Notes: generated by a model not told the origin, from the letters alone. A stretch of 64,000 bases of DNA from Selaginella moellendorffii (GCF_000143415.4 NW_003314276.1:831630-895629); one strand, 5' to 3'. Shown: positions 23,563 through 36,147, counted from the first letter of the stretch. Numbers and translations are program-made.

Positions 23563-26500
23563 ATGAGCTTCACGACTATGGAGCAGCTCAAGACGATTGG
23601 GCGGGAGCTGGCAATGGGCTCCCAGGGGGTGTGGGGATCGTCCAAGGAATTCCTGGAGCTCGTCAAGACGATTGGCGAGGCGAAATCCAAGGCCGAGGAG
23701 GAGAGGATCGTGCTGGCGGAGATTGAGAGCCTCAAGCGCCGGATCCAGGAGCCGGATGTGCCCCGGAAGAAGATGAAAGAGTATATCATGCGCCTCGTCT
23801 ATGTGGAGATGCTCGGCCACGACGCTTCCTTTGGCTACATCCATGCCGTGAAGATGACCCACGATGACAATCTCTTGCTCAAGAGATCCGGCTACTTGGC
23901 GGTCACGCTCTTTCTCAACGAGGACCACGATCTTATCATCCTCATCATCAATACCATCCAGAAGGATCTCAAGTCGGACAACTATCTCGTGTGCTGTGCC
24001 GCGCTCACTGCCGTGTGTCGGTTGATCAACGAGGAGACAATCCCCGCGGTTCTTCCCCAGATCGTCGAGCTTCTCAACCATCAAAAGGAGCTCGTGAGGA
24101 AGAAGGCTGTCATGGCTTTGCACAGATTTTTCCAGAGGTCTCCTTCGACTGTGTCGCACCTCTTTCCAGCTTTCCAAGAGGTAAGTTGCTGGTTTTCTAG
24201 TTCCGAAGCTTCCTACTAAGTCTATTGTTTTTCCAGAGACTTTGTGATAGAGATCCCAGCGTGATGAGTGCTGTTTTGTGCGCGCTCTATGACATGATCC
24301 TCGTAAACGTGAAGCCTTTCAAGCATTTAGTAGCGAGTCTGGTCAGCATTTTGAAGCAAGCCGTGGAACACAGGCTGCCAAAGTCGTATGACTATCACCG
24401 GACTCCAGCACCTTTCGTGCAGGTAAACTGCCGCGCTCGTTTGATATCAGAGTATGCTAAGTGGGAAATCTTGCTTCACAGATTAAGTTGCTGAAAATTC
24501 TCGCTTTGCTCGGGACAGGTGACAAGGCTGCCAGCGAAAACATGTTTAATGTGCTGGGAGATATTCTCAAGCGCTCGGATTCGACCAGCAACATTGGCAA
24601 CGCGATCTTGTACGAGTGCGTCAGGACTCTGACATCAATCTACACCAATCCTCGGCTACTGCAAAATGCAGCGGAGATAACCGCAAAGTTCTTGAAGGTT
24701 TGTTGTGTCATTTCATTGCGGAGTATATACTGACATAGTTTGGTGCAGAGTGATAACCATAACTTGAAGTACATGGGAATTGATGCCCTGGGTCGGCTTA
24801 TCAAAATTACGCCAGAGTGTGCCGAAAATCATCAACTGGCTGTCATTGACTGCTTAGAGGTAGCGTCTCTATTCCTATTTATTGAAGGATCGCCTTTCAG
24901 TGCGAACTCTTGTAGGATCCAGACGATACGTTAAAACGGAAAACGCTGGATCTATTATACAAGATGACAAAAGCCAACAATGTCGAAGTTATTGTGGAAC
25001 GCATGGTGGAGTACATCAGAAACATCAGCGATAACCACTACAAAACGGAGATTTCTTCACGAGTTATAGAGCTGGCTGAGCGATATGCACCAAGTAACCA
25101 ATGGTTTATACAGGTAATACTATATGGTTTATACTTGCACTCGTCTCTTACGGACTAAATTCGTGTGATCGGGTGCCAGACGATGAACCAGGTATTCGAA
25201 ATTGCGGGAGACCTCGTGCCTCAGAAGGTTGCGCATGACTTAATGCGTCTCATAGCCGAAGGAGCTGGGGAGGAGGATGAAGATGCTGACAGTCACCTTA
25301 GATCGTCTGCAGTATATTCATTTCATTATTTTCGAGTGTCTCGAGTTCTTAATTTACTGTGTTACAGGTTCAAGCTTATCTACAAATACTGAAGGAACCA
25401 AAGCTTCCCTCGATACTTCTTCAGGTACGTAGAGTTTTCTTTGTGTGCTGATAAATTTTCTGAAAACGTTTAATGGGCGTCCAGGTTATCAGCTGGGTGC
25501 TAGGTGAATATGGCATTGCGGACGGCAGCCACTCAGCTGAATTCATTATAGGAAAACTATGTGATATTGTCGCTACACGCCCTGGTGATGACAAGTTAAA
25601 GGTATACATTCTGATTGTTTACTGCGAACGTTGACGCCGTTCACTGCTTGCAGGGTTACGTTGTTTCGGCAATTACAAAAATCTGTGCATTCGAGAAAGC
25701 AGCTGGGCAGACAGTAGATCTCATTCCAGAGGTAGTGCCATTCAACGTGTACTCTTAAGATTTGACGTCTGAAAATGTGTTGCAGTGCGTCTCGTTCATC
25801 GAGGAACTGTACGCTTCTCATTCTACCGATCTACAGCAACGCATCTATGAATTCCACGCCGTGCTAAAGCTAGACAGAGATACCATTGCAAGTATCTTGC
25901 CTATGGATGCCAGCTGCGAAGACATTGAGGTCATCTATGCTTTTGATGCTCGTAACTCAAAACTGATACTCTTCCTTCTGATAGGTGGACAAGGATCTCT
26001 CCTTCCTCAACTCTTTCGTCGAATCCGCCTTAGCAAATGGCTCTAGACCATATCTATCCGACAATGAGCGCCGTGGAATGGGTGCAATGACAACCTTGGC
26101 ATCCAACAATGACGCTGGTACGTCGTCTTTACTTCGTTTCCAGCCTTACGAGAAGCCAAGCATCCCGGAGCCTGCCGCAGCTCTCGTCACTGCGTCTCAT
26201 TATAGCCAAGACGCGATCGACCAGCACGACATCTATTCTAGTACAATCACGGTTTCCACGAGCTCTAGAGCTCCAGAATCTAGCAGCAACGACGGCACGA
26301 GACTCAAACTCGAGGGAGTCCAGAAAAAATGGGGTCGTCCAACGTACACTCCTGAGGCGCAGGTGCCAAAGAATCCCATCAACATATCCGACAGTGTCAA
26401 GGTAAGCAGCAGCGCAGCAGGGAAAGAAGCATCGAGTAGAAACAGCAGCGCTCCTCCCTACACGGAAAGAAAGCAGCCTTCGCAGGAGATCTCTGCCGAG

Positions 26501-26911
26501 AAGAAGAAGCTCGCAGCATCACTCTTTGGAAGCAAAGCAGGAGAGACTAAAGCCAAGCCGGCAGCAAAGCTACAACAAAATGGAACGTCGAAAAAAGCTC
26601 CAGCAAAGCCAACTTCGCCGCCAGCTCCAGCTCCAGCTCCACCGCCTGCTGATCTACTCGACTTAAGTGACAGTCTACCTCAGATTCCCTCGGTGGATCC
26701 GGTTGATCAGCTGGCGGATCTAATCTCGGTTGATAGCTCGGCTGCTACGTCGACCACTTCGCTCGTCGAGCAAGTTTTGGACGCTGGAAAAGTTGCGACG
26801 AAGGGGCCATCGCCGCAAGCATCGTTGCAAAAGGACAGTGTTTCACGCCAAGTGGGGGTGACGCCGAGCGGAGGAACAAACCCGGACCTTTTCAAGGATT
26901 TGTTTGGATGA
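23563..26911 (+). CDS. AP4E: AP-4 complex subunit epsilon (multi-exon; start at 23563 or 23578)
   Basis: MEQLKTIGRELAMGSQG...SKEFLELVKTIGEAKSKAEE; adaptin N domain YVEMLGHDASFGYIHAVKM; DASCEDIE; LKLEGVQKKWG; C-terminal NPDLFKDLFG. Short GT-AG introns. Confidence 0.95.
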
Positions 26912-27109
26912 GGAAAGCTCGCTCGCGTTCTCGCGTTTGGCGCGGTGGTGTGAGATTTTCTCACATCCTTCTGGATCTGTATGGTCAGTAAGATTCTAAT
27001 GGAACACGAGAAGAGCAACAGCGGAAATGCGTTTATACTTCTCTAGAGAAAAGAATTTCCATTCCCTGCGAGTCGGGCAGTGTACAAAACTTTTTCTGTG
27101 CTGATTCTT

Positions 27110-27990
27110 CTAAAAGTTGAAAGCGTTTTGTAGCCTGGATGCCATATGACCCGTCACGACTTGAGAAGCAAGCGACTGGATTTGCTTCTTGGCATCTGAG
27201 TTACATCGAAAGAAAAAAATGGAGTGAGTGGATGATTCGATCAAACTTTCACGTCGAACCTCTCCGGCATTTGGTGAATCCGATGATGTTGGCAACTCCG
27301 AGCGTGAGACAAATCCCCACGATCAGTAGATAGTCGAAGTTGAACTTAATGAGCGCGACAAGGCCCAGAGCTAGCCATATCCCAGGCTGTGAAACAAAAC
27401 TAAGATCTCTCCTAAAAAAATAAAGTGGAGAGAGAGATAGAAACTTACAGCAATGTAGAGCGTCCACCAAAAGAGCCATGTATCCTTCTTGTTGAGCCTC
27501 TCCAGAGACTGAAAGGGGAAGAACCATTCAAAGCTTGTAGCGGTGAAAGAGAGAAGAAAGAAAAATTTCTTTGTGCGTACCTGTTGATCCAGCGACTCAA
27601 ATCGCCACACACTCTCGCCTTGGTCATCGATCTCATTCCACCAGCGCAGCCCCACCAGGATTCTACCGCTCACGTTCTTCACCACCCAGAAATCCAGCGC
27701 CGCCAAAAGGACGGTGACCACGAACTGGATGATGAAGCTGCTGACGAAGAAGGAGCAGAGGATGTAGAATGCGATCGCGGATCCCTGCCAGGCGAGCGAA
27801 TGAAGAGAGAGAGAGAGAGTGAGAATGGCGCGATCTAAGATGAGAATTTCGAGAGAGACCTTGAAGACGACGTGGAAGAACGCCGTGAGTGGATTCGAGT
27901 AGTTTTGCTGCGGCTGGCCCTCCTCCGCCTGCGCACAAGGCAAGGATTGAAATTCACGACGCCGGAAGCGCGGATCTGCAAACTCACCAT
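27110..27990 (-). CDS. ECH: Golgi/TGN membrane protein ECHIDNA (TVP23/FAM18 family)
   Basis: NYSNPLTAFFHVVFK; DFWVVKNVSGRILVGLRWWNEID; FWWTLY; ANIIGFTKCR|DAKKQIQ. The first coding exon is ATG only (27988-27990), followed by GTGAG. Confidence 0.93.
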
Positions 27991-28132
27991 GGATGGAATC
28001 GCCACTCGCCGAGCTCCAGATCGTAAAACCCTAGAAGAAGGCCGGGTGACGTGGCAAAGTGCCGCGTCAGCGTCCCAGCCACGTCCGTAACGTTCCGTCC
28101 GTACATAAAAGCCGTGCAAACGTACAAAACTT

Positions 28133-31128
28133 TTATTTTACAAAACTGGAATTTTTCCTTGCCCCGTTCGAGAGCTTGTTGGACAGCGCCGGCTTGTCTT
28201 TGGCGACGTATTCGTTCGTAACGTGGAACTCTCCGCGAGAAAGCTCCGTGGAAATCTGGGAAGAACGATGAGAAAGAGAAAAGGAGAGCGAGTTCTTCGA
28301 TTCATACCTTGAGTGTTAGTAGAACATTTAGCGCGGAGCACAGCTGATTCATTCGCCTCCTCCCGCGGGTCTTGAGGTAATCGTGCATGACGGGATCCAC
28401 TCGAAGCGTCATCGACGGCCACCTCGTGCTCTTGCTAAAGCTGTTCTTCCGGTTGGCCTGGCAAGGACGAAACGAGCGTTTGATCAGTTTTAAAGTTCTC
28501 TAGAGATGTTACCAGGATCTTTTTGACTGCTCTCTCAATCTTCGAGAGCGTCATTTCTACCGACTCGATGCGTCCAGTACCGCCGCAGCAGCTGCATGAA
28601 TCAGTGACCCTCGAGGTGACGCTCGGCCGGTCCTGAAAGTTCCATAGCAAGTCAAGCACCACGAAGAGAACTGATACACAACAAGATTAAGTACCCGTGC
28701 TCTTGTCATTTCCATGAGTCCGAACTCTGAAATTTCCGAGATGACAACTTTAGACCGGTCCCGCTCAATGGCCTTGCGCATTTCTTCGAAAACAAGCCTT
28801 TCGTGACCTGCAGATATACCACAATACCTCAGCTCGCTGCCAAACTATCGAGTCCAGAGGCTTACTTGGATCCTCCATGTCTATGAAGTCAACAACTATA
28901 ATCCCACCAATATCTCGTAGCCTCAGCTCTGTCGCAATCTGCGGCTCATTCCGTATGATCAGAAAATCACAGAGATTATGATGGTTTTTACCTTTCGAGC
29001 AGCAGCGAGATTTACTTCTAAAACTGCTTCTCGTTGAGATGTCGCATCACCGAGCATTCCCACGCCACCATTTACATCAATAGATACGAGAGCTTCGGTT
29101 TCCTCCAACACCAAATATGCACCGTTTGGTAGTTCTACCCTGCAGGGAGAACGAAAGCGAAAGATGACCACTTTTGCAAGAAACACCAAGCACCTACCGC
29201 TTGCTAGATGATTTCTCAATTTCTGCTTCAAGGTTGAAAGCCTCGAAGATAGGCTCTTTGCCAGAGTAAAGTTCCACACGATCACATAAGTGAGGTGCTA
29301 TTTCTTGGAGGTAAGCTGTAACCTGAAAAGAAGAAAACACAAAGAAATATAAGTTTCTTATCTACGTCCAAAAGTCGTCACCTCTTGGTATGTTTGAGAC
29401 GAATCCACGACAAACCTTTCAACCTGTAAATAATCGTTCAAAGAAAGAAGATAGTATACTGTGACAAACCTCATTGTTGAAGAGATCACGAACTGTCCTG
29501 AGCGTTTGTCCCATGGCCCTTTGTAGCAACACAGGGACCGGGTCTTTTCCACCAGCAGCAGCAGCAACCTCCGCTCTCTCCAGAATACTTTTCCACGTCT
29601 CCATGAGGCGTGCCAAATCCTTCTCGAGCTCTTCACGGCTGCGGCCAACAGCCTCAGTCCTCACGGTAAGACCAAATCCAGGAGGCTGCAGCTCTCTGGC
29701 AAGCTGCTTAAGCCGACTTCTTTCCAGCCCGTTAATCTTGCGAGTAACTCCAATGGTCGAAACTTGAGGCACCAGTACCTGCACTACATCTCCAACTTCA
29801 CGCATTTATTCTCTAAAAAAAAGAGCTGGAGGCACTTACCCAGTATCGTCCCGCCAAAGCCACAGTTGCAGTAAGCTGTGGTCCTTTCTGCCGAAGAGCC
29901 TCTTTCTTCACTTGCACGACCATCAAAGTTCCTCTCTTGACTTTCCTCCATGCACCGATCTTCCGCAGGACAGTAGCCGGCTTTACGTTTGTCTTTCCAT
30001 CGCTCTGTTCCATCTCCTCTCCGTTTGGATCGTCCACAGTTTCTTCAATTTCCTCTTCATTCACGTCGATAACTATCCCATCCTTGTTTCTCAAACCGTC
30101 CTCTTCGTTCCCCTGAGCTTTGTCACCGTAGAAGACGTGAGGGTATTGGTGCATGTTAACTTCCAGCAATGCCGTTCTGGAAGATCCAATCTCCACAAAA
30201 ATCCCGTTCATGCCTGGGAGGAGCTGCTTCACAACGCCGAGGTAGACATTGCCAACTTGGAAGTTCGAGTTGACAGGCTCGAGCAGTAGCTGGACGAGCT
30301 TCTTGTTCTCGACGATCGCAATTCGCTGCATCGTGCACTCGGAGGAGTTGATGAAGATCTCCACTGCTACATCGCGAGCTTCCGGAACTTCCTGGCTCTC
30401 GCTCAGGAAAATGCTCTCGAGCAGCCATGGCTCCTCCCTTGGAAACACCTTCCGCTTCGGGAAAAATCTAAAGTCCGGCCACTTGGTCGCGGTTTCGCTC
30501 GAGACACTTGCCTGATCATCTTCTCCCTTGGAAGAAAAGTCTCTGAAAGCTTCGAGTTCTGCTACAGCGATGAAAGGATCTTCCTCTCCAAAAACCTTTT
30601 GATCCGAGAGTTGCAACGCGGCCAGGAACGGGTCTTCTTCTCCAAAAGTTGGAACTCTCGAGACATGGAGAGCTCTAACTTCTGAGGGCGATGAGTCGTG
30701 TAGAGACGGGACCTGGACAACGTAAGAGTTCTCCAAAGATCGTCCTGGTAGCACCTAGAAATTCTAGAGGAAATGAATCGAGCTTGTGAAAATCTCTACA
30801 ATCACGGACGAACCTGTGAGCCATTCACTAGCGTTGGAGCTTCAGCTATGCTCGCTCTGGCCGCTCCATTCCCATGAAACAGCCGAAGAGACGAGGAAGA
30901 AGAACTCTCGGCCCAGGGATCTTCCTCGAAGAGAACGCGCTGGTCGCCCTCGGCTCTCCTGTGCGCCCGGGGAATGTGAAGGAATTCCGCGCCTGGAATC
31001 CCGAAATGCCGATCCCTGAGATGCCTGCGCTGAGAATCCGCCACGGAATTCTTGGAGCTCAACCTGGACGAGGAAGGAAACAGCGCTTCCGCGAGGAATG
31101 GAGCAGCGACGTGGATTGTAGGCGCCAT
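28133..31128 (-). CDS. RNE: Chloroplast ribonuclease E/G-like protein (multi-exon)
   Basis: Ser/Ala-rich transit-like N-terminus; EIFINSSECTMQRIAIVE; GNVYLGVVKQLLPGM (S1); VQVKKE..KGPQLT; ETEALVSIDVNGG; LRDIGGIIVVDFIDM; SEFGLMEMTR; CSCCGGTG. Confidence 0.93.
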
Positions 31129-31494
31129 TTCTCACCAGAGCAAGCGATTCCATCGCTCATTGTCAGCGATCCGCGAGCAGCTTATCCATATTTCGACACG
31201 CATTTTTTAGGGTTTATGCGGCTAGGTTGAAGGCAGCCACGTCATCCAAGTAGCTGACATGGCGGACACCACGTCTGACGTGGCGAAGGGACAACGGTCG
31301 GATCGTTTACTTGATAGTTCCGTTATACAGAGGTAGAGGCGATCGATTGATTCATTCGTTCTCTCCAGCTCGAAGCTATGGCGGATTTTCGTGCCGCAAT
31401 CCCAGTTCCAGGAGGAAGGATTGAGAGCTTGCAATGGCGCCGACCAGGAATTCCTGCTAATCGACACCACAGGAAGAAATGGAGAACGCTAGCA

Positions 31495-32107
31495 ATGGCT
31501 CGGGACGATTCTAGCAGGAAGAAGAACGAATTTCCTCTCATTCTCGACGCGAATCTCTCCTCCAGAATGGCAGCGTTCCAATGCGCCCTATCGTCCACTG
31601 CCGAGAACAACGAGACGACACACTGCCGCAGGAATTTCACCTCGAGCATCCAATCTCTGGTCCAACACAGCGATAGCGCGCAGAGGCACTGCGAGGCCTT
31701 CCAGGCATCGCTGGATTCGATCGAAGCTCGCCTCGCGCTGGCTCCCAGCGCCTCTGAGATTTCCAGCCTCCAGGTAAGAATCCATCCCCTGCTCCACAAA
31801 ATATTTCATCGTCTCCCTGTTCTTGCAGACGCGCCTGGAGCGAGCATCGTCCTCCTTGCTCCCCCAATCCGGCATCGAGCAGTTGATCCGAGAGGCCGAG
31901 CTCTTGGAATCGAGGCTCGCAGAGATTCCAAGGGCGGAAGAAATCGAGGCCCTAGACACTAGAATCCCCGAAATGCTGATGAAGAGATCGTGGGAAAGAG
32001 TCGGCGATGGTGCCAGGAGGTTGCGGCGAGCGATGGATAGAGCTGAGATCGCGTGGCTGCGGCATCTAAAGGATACCGCCTCGCAGCTCATCGGGAATAA
32101 ATCTTAG
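31495..32107 (+). CDS. Hypothetical coiled-coil protein (2 exons, intron ~31774-31828; start uncertain)
   Basis: CAG|GTAAGA...TTGCAG intron joins two ORFs in frame (SEISSLQ|TRLERAS). Helical, heptad-like composition. No family recognised. Confidence 0.55.
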
Positions 32108-32146
32108 GGTTTATAGCTATTTGTCTGGAGCATTTTTCTAGGGTTC

Positions 32147-32901
32147 ATGGAGACCTCTCTCAGATTTCGAGGCGATGAGAGGCAACTCCGGCTCCACGCG
32201 AAGGAGAATTTCCTGCTCGACAGCTCCTTTTGCCTCCAGGCGCGCATTTAATCGATCTCTATCGCGCACTTCTTCTCAAAATCTCTCGTTTCTTTTCTCT
32301 CGCAGGTCCACGGCTATCTCAACACGCACAACGGCAGGGCGGGATGCATCGCGCAGCTCAAGAGGAAATTCCTCCCCGAGGCATCGTCTCTCTCCTCTGC
32401 AATCGCTGGATCGATCGAATCGACCCTCTCTCTCTCAAAATTTGTTTTGCAGCTTCTCACGAGCTTGGATGTGGGCGCGCGATACGACACCGATCACAAG
32501 GAATTTACGTACGATGTGCGCGGCAAGAAGACGCTGCCTCTCACGGACAATGGATTGCTCAGCGTGGATCTCAAGGGAGGATTCAACTTTAATCCTCGAT
32601 TGAAACTGGTGAGCGCGCTGGTTCTAGATCATTGTCCCTTCAATCGCCCTTCGATCGTCCAGGGAAAAGCCAGGGGAGCGATAGAGCTCAGCTACAAGGT
32701 CTTCAACTTCACGGAAGATCAAGATCTCAAGCTCAAAATCGGCTATGATCCTTTCAAACAGGCAAGAACAAACTTTTTTTCGTGTGATCGATCGAGATTT
32801 CTTTTGTTCTTGCGCAGAAGCCATACTTGCAATTGAGGGAGAACAATTGGACATTCAATGCCGACATAAACGGTGCCTGGAACATCATCTACGACCTGTA
32901 A
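32147..32901 (+). CDS. OEP21: Chloroplast outer envelope pore protein 21 (5 exons)
   Basis: METSLRF...LRLHAKE...LQ|VHGYLNT...FLPE|LLTSLDVG...VRGKK...|GKARGAIELSYKVFNFTEDQDLKLKIGY...|KPYLQLRENNWTFNADINGAWNIIYDL*. Confidence 0.92.
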
Positions 32902-32990
32902 TTCTCGAGAGCGAGAGGGAACGAACGATTCTTTCAATCATCTCATTCATCTTAGCAGCGAAGAAGGGAAGGGAAAATTTTTCAGAGGTC

Positions 32991-33221
32991 TTACTTGCGT
33001 TTCTTGCTGGCACTGGCTAGTTCTTCCTCCAATTCTTCTTCTTCCTTCTGCTCTGGATCGGCTACTTCCAGCGCGCAGTGATGCCGGAGCATGTAATCGC
33101 CCAGTAGCTGCATCGCTTTGCTCTTGAGATCCACCAGCGCCGCCGAGAGCGATGGATTACTCTCGGATTGGATCGATTGGGCCTCCGCCTCGAGCCGGAA
33201 GCTCGCCATAGCCGCCGCCAT
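32991..33221 (-). CDS. Small acidic protein, 76 aa, with C-terminal KKRK
   Basis: ATG start in a gcc-rich context, amphipathic helix LSAALVDLKSKAMQLLGDYM, acidic tail and NLS-like end. Head-to-head with VTI1 across a palindromic spacer. Confidence 0.55.
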   Translation of the reverse strand: MAAAMASFRLEAEAQSIQSESNPSLSAALVDLKSKAMQLLGDYMLRHHCALEVADPEQKEEEELEEELASASKKRK

Positions 33222-33293
33222 TCTATCTGTCTTCTTAGCCCTAAAAAAAGGCTTTGATCAATTTTTTAGGGCTCTTCCTGTTGCCCGGCGAGG

Positions 33294-34230
33294 ATGAGCG
33301 AGATCTTCGATGGGTACGAGCGCCAGTACTGCGAGCTGTCCACGAATCTCGCCAGGCGATGCAGCGCCACGGCGATTCTCTCCGGAGGTAGGCCCAGATC
33401 GAGCGATCGATCGTGGTTCTTCTGATTTGAGGGTTTGATCGATGTGCGAGAGAGCAGAGGAGAAGAAGCAGAAGTTGGCTGAGCTGAAATCCGGGTTGGA
33501 TGAAGCACAATCTCTGGTAAACGCGATCGATCTTTTGTCGGAAGTCTAAAATTCTCGGAATTTTTTTTTCCTTCTTCTCTAGATCCAGCGCATGGAATTG
33601 GAAGCTCGCAGCCTCGGGAATTCGCAAAAGGCCGTGTTCCTGGCGAAACTGAGGGAGTACAAGTCCGATCTGACCTCGCTCAAGAAGGACGTACAAAAAT
33701 GCGCGACGACTGACGCTCTCGCTGCCCGCGAAGAACTCTTGGAAGCCGGCCTGGGCGATTTGTCGGTAACGTTTCTTTGGCCATTTTCCCAGGGAAGAAC
33801 TGTCTTTGATCGGCGATCCGCTGCAAATTTTCTTCCAGACTTCCACCGACCAGAGAGGACGACTACTGTACGCGACAGACAAAATGAATCGCTCCGGAGA
33901 GAGGATCAAAGAAAGCAAGAGAACTTTGCTGGAGACCGAAGATCTTGGAGTCTCGATTCTCCAGGACTTACACGACCAGCGCCAGAGACTCCTTCACACA
34001 AGAGACACGGTAAGTATTCGAGGAAGATCTCCATTTCTTCCCTTCAACTCTTAACGCTTCTCTCTTTGTTCCAGCTTTACGGCGTCGATGACAACGTTGG
34101 CAAAAGCAGGAAGATCCTCAACTCCATGGCCAGAAGAATAAATCAGAACAAATGGATCATGGGTGGACTCATTAGCTTCCTCATCGCCGCGATTCTACTC
34201 GTCGCCTATTTCAAATGGGTAAGCAAGTGA
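33294..34230 (+). CDS. VTI1: Vesicle transport Qb-SNARE VTI1 family (5 exons)
   Basis: MSEIFDGYERQYCELS; MELEARSL...LAKLREYKSDL; LLETEDLGVSILQDLHDQRQ; LYGVDDNVGKSRKILNSMARR; C-terminal TM helix. Confidence 0.95.
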
Positions 34231-34506
34231 TCGATCCTCCGATCTTATCAGTCTCTCTGGATGGATATAAACTATGCCGTTGTGTGTACATTCTTTTCCT
34301 CCTCCATACATACATTATATAGGTACGTAACAAAGCTTACGTTCATAGATCTCTCGGAAGCTTTTTTCTCACAGCTAAAAACCAAAGAGAAGTTGCGCCG
34401 TGTGGAATCCTGGGTGCGATTTCCAGTGGCCACTCGCAACGTTTACTTTGCGTTTTATTCTTCGCATTTATTCTCTTTTGAGTAGCAGCAAGCAGTGGGA
34501 CGGAAT

Positions 34507-35983
34507 CTACTGCGACACAATGCAGCACTTGGCTCGCTTGTGATCGTGAGAGCAGTGGAAGTTTGGCTCCTTGGGAACTGTCAAGCGTTTGGAAGATCTG
34601 CCAGGAGCAAAGTTTGTGAGCGTTTTGCTCCAGGAAAACTTTCACTACCTTTGTGGAATGAAAGGCCGATCGAAGTAAGGCATGAGTTGAGCACGAGGGA
34701 CCATCTCTTTCCGCAGCTGCTTGATCTCTTCTTGTTCCGCAAGCTGTCGACGCATGAATCCAGCAGCTAAGGAAAGGGAATTTTATAAACTGTGCGAACC
34801 TCTTGCAGTCGCTGTTGCTCCTCTCGCTGATGCTCGATGTAAATTATCTTTGCGGCAATCTACACGCAAAACAAAGCTTAGTCGTCGCTCCAAAGCTTTT
34901 TATCAGAGTGATACGTACGTAGTCGTCGAATTGAGCTCGCCGGACGGATCTGAATTCAGTACAGAGCCTGATATCCATCGGAACAGTGTTCTCTTTCGGA
35001 GGAGGCTTGGGAACAACCTGGATCGAAATCTTAGATGCTGAAAGAAAGCAAAAGCCTCGAAGTTCTGGATAAGAAGTACCTCTGGTTCGTCAGTTGTCCA
35101 TGGCAGGCCTTGTGCTATAGGAATCCTGAGCTTGCTATCTTCTTCAAATATCTTTTGCAGTTTCTTCCGGAACTCGTACTCCTTTCTCGCGCCTCGAGCC
35201 TGTGTACAAACTGAAAGAGTCCAGGAAAAGGAAAGAAGAAACTTGTAACGCACCTGTGTTCGCAGGCTAAAAGGTTGTATGCACGTTGCCTTGGACGACT
35301 TTTGGTAAGACTCGGATGATCCACAGTCACTGGCATTTTTCTCAGACTGGATGTCATCTTTCTCGTCCCTGCAATGTCAGGTTTGTTTGCAAGCAAAGCC
35401 ATAGAAAAGCTTGAAGGAACAAATACCTGTCCAAAGAGCCACCTTCGCTGTCAGCATTGTCCTCCTCTGCCGATTTCTCTTGAGTTGCTTCGCAGGAACC
35501 AAACTCGAACTCTTCCTCGGTCTGCGACAACGATCGCCGGCTGGGCTGCCACTCGCGACGCTCCTCCATCTTTCGGATGTGAGTGTTTACTTCCGCGAGC
35601 GAGATCATACTCTCAAATGCCTGGACTAAGCTCTGAACCTTGGAGCCACAGATCCTCCTCCCAAGAGCGCGAAACTCAGCCTCAGTTTCTCCCTCCTGGT
35701 GAGAATCCTTGTCGATCGACGAGCCTGAAACCTCTGCATCGCCAGGAATCCCACCGCTGGAATCCTCGGCCGGGGGAGTCGAAGAACACAGGGACTCTTG
35801 AAATTCCGGTGCTCGAGCCTGGCAGCATGATTCCAGCCTATTGCTCTCTTGAAGAACGGCTGGGATAGGAGAGATCCGAGGTCTAGCAGCGATTGCCGCG
35901 GCATTGGGATCGCAATTCTCCAGCGATTTCTTCTTCTTCGTCATGCCGCATTCTTTCGCTGGGGATCTCGCGGCGCCAGCCAT
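34507..35983 (-). CDS. TPX2 C-terminal domain microtubule-associated protein (MDP60-like subfamily)
   Basis: IAQGLPWTTDEPE and EEIKQLRKEMVPRAQLMPYFDRPFIPQR|SSKRLTVPKEPNF from manual splicing. Confidence 0.88.
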
Positions 35984-36128
35984 CGCCGATCGCCCCAAGG
36001 ATCTTATAATACCTGGAATCTCCCAGCGATTAAAGTCGCTCCTCCTCTCGCGCTTCGCCGCCTCCCCAGCTCCCTGCTCTAACCTAATTCTGCGAAGGAA
36101 CGTTGTTTAGGCTAACGGCTAGATGCGC

Positions 36129-36147
36129 CTACGTGGCGCCACGTGGC
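36129..36147. promoter_or_regulatory. Tandem ABRE/G-box (TACGTGGC GCCACGTGGC) in the divergent TPX2/OFUT promoter
   Basis: Sequence ctacgtggcgccacgtggc within the 195-bp spacer between the two start codons. Confidence 0.55.

Noticed and set aside
23392-24177. 261-aa antisense ORF over AP4E exon 1, and similar antisense ORFs over RNE, OFUT, GDSL and PPO
   Set aside because: Shadow ORFs of GC-rich coding sequence with no motifs of their own.
34903-35045. Apparent frameshift in the TPX2-domain gene
   Set aside because: Using the acceptor at ~35018 gives the expected VVPKPPPKENTVPMDIRL frame.
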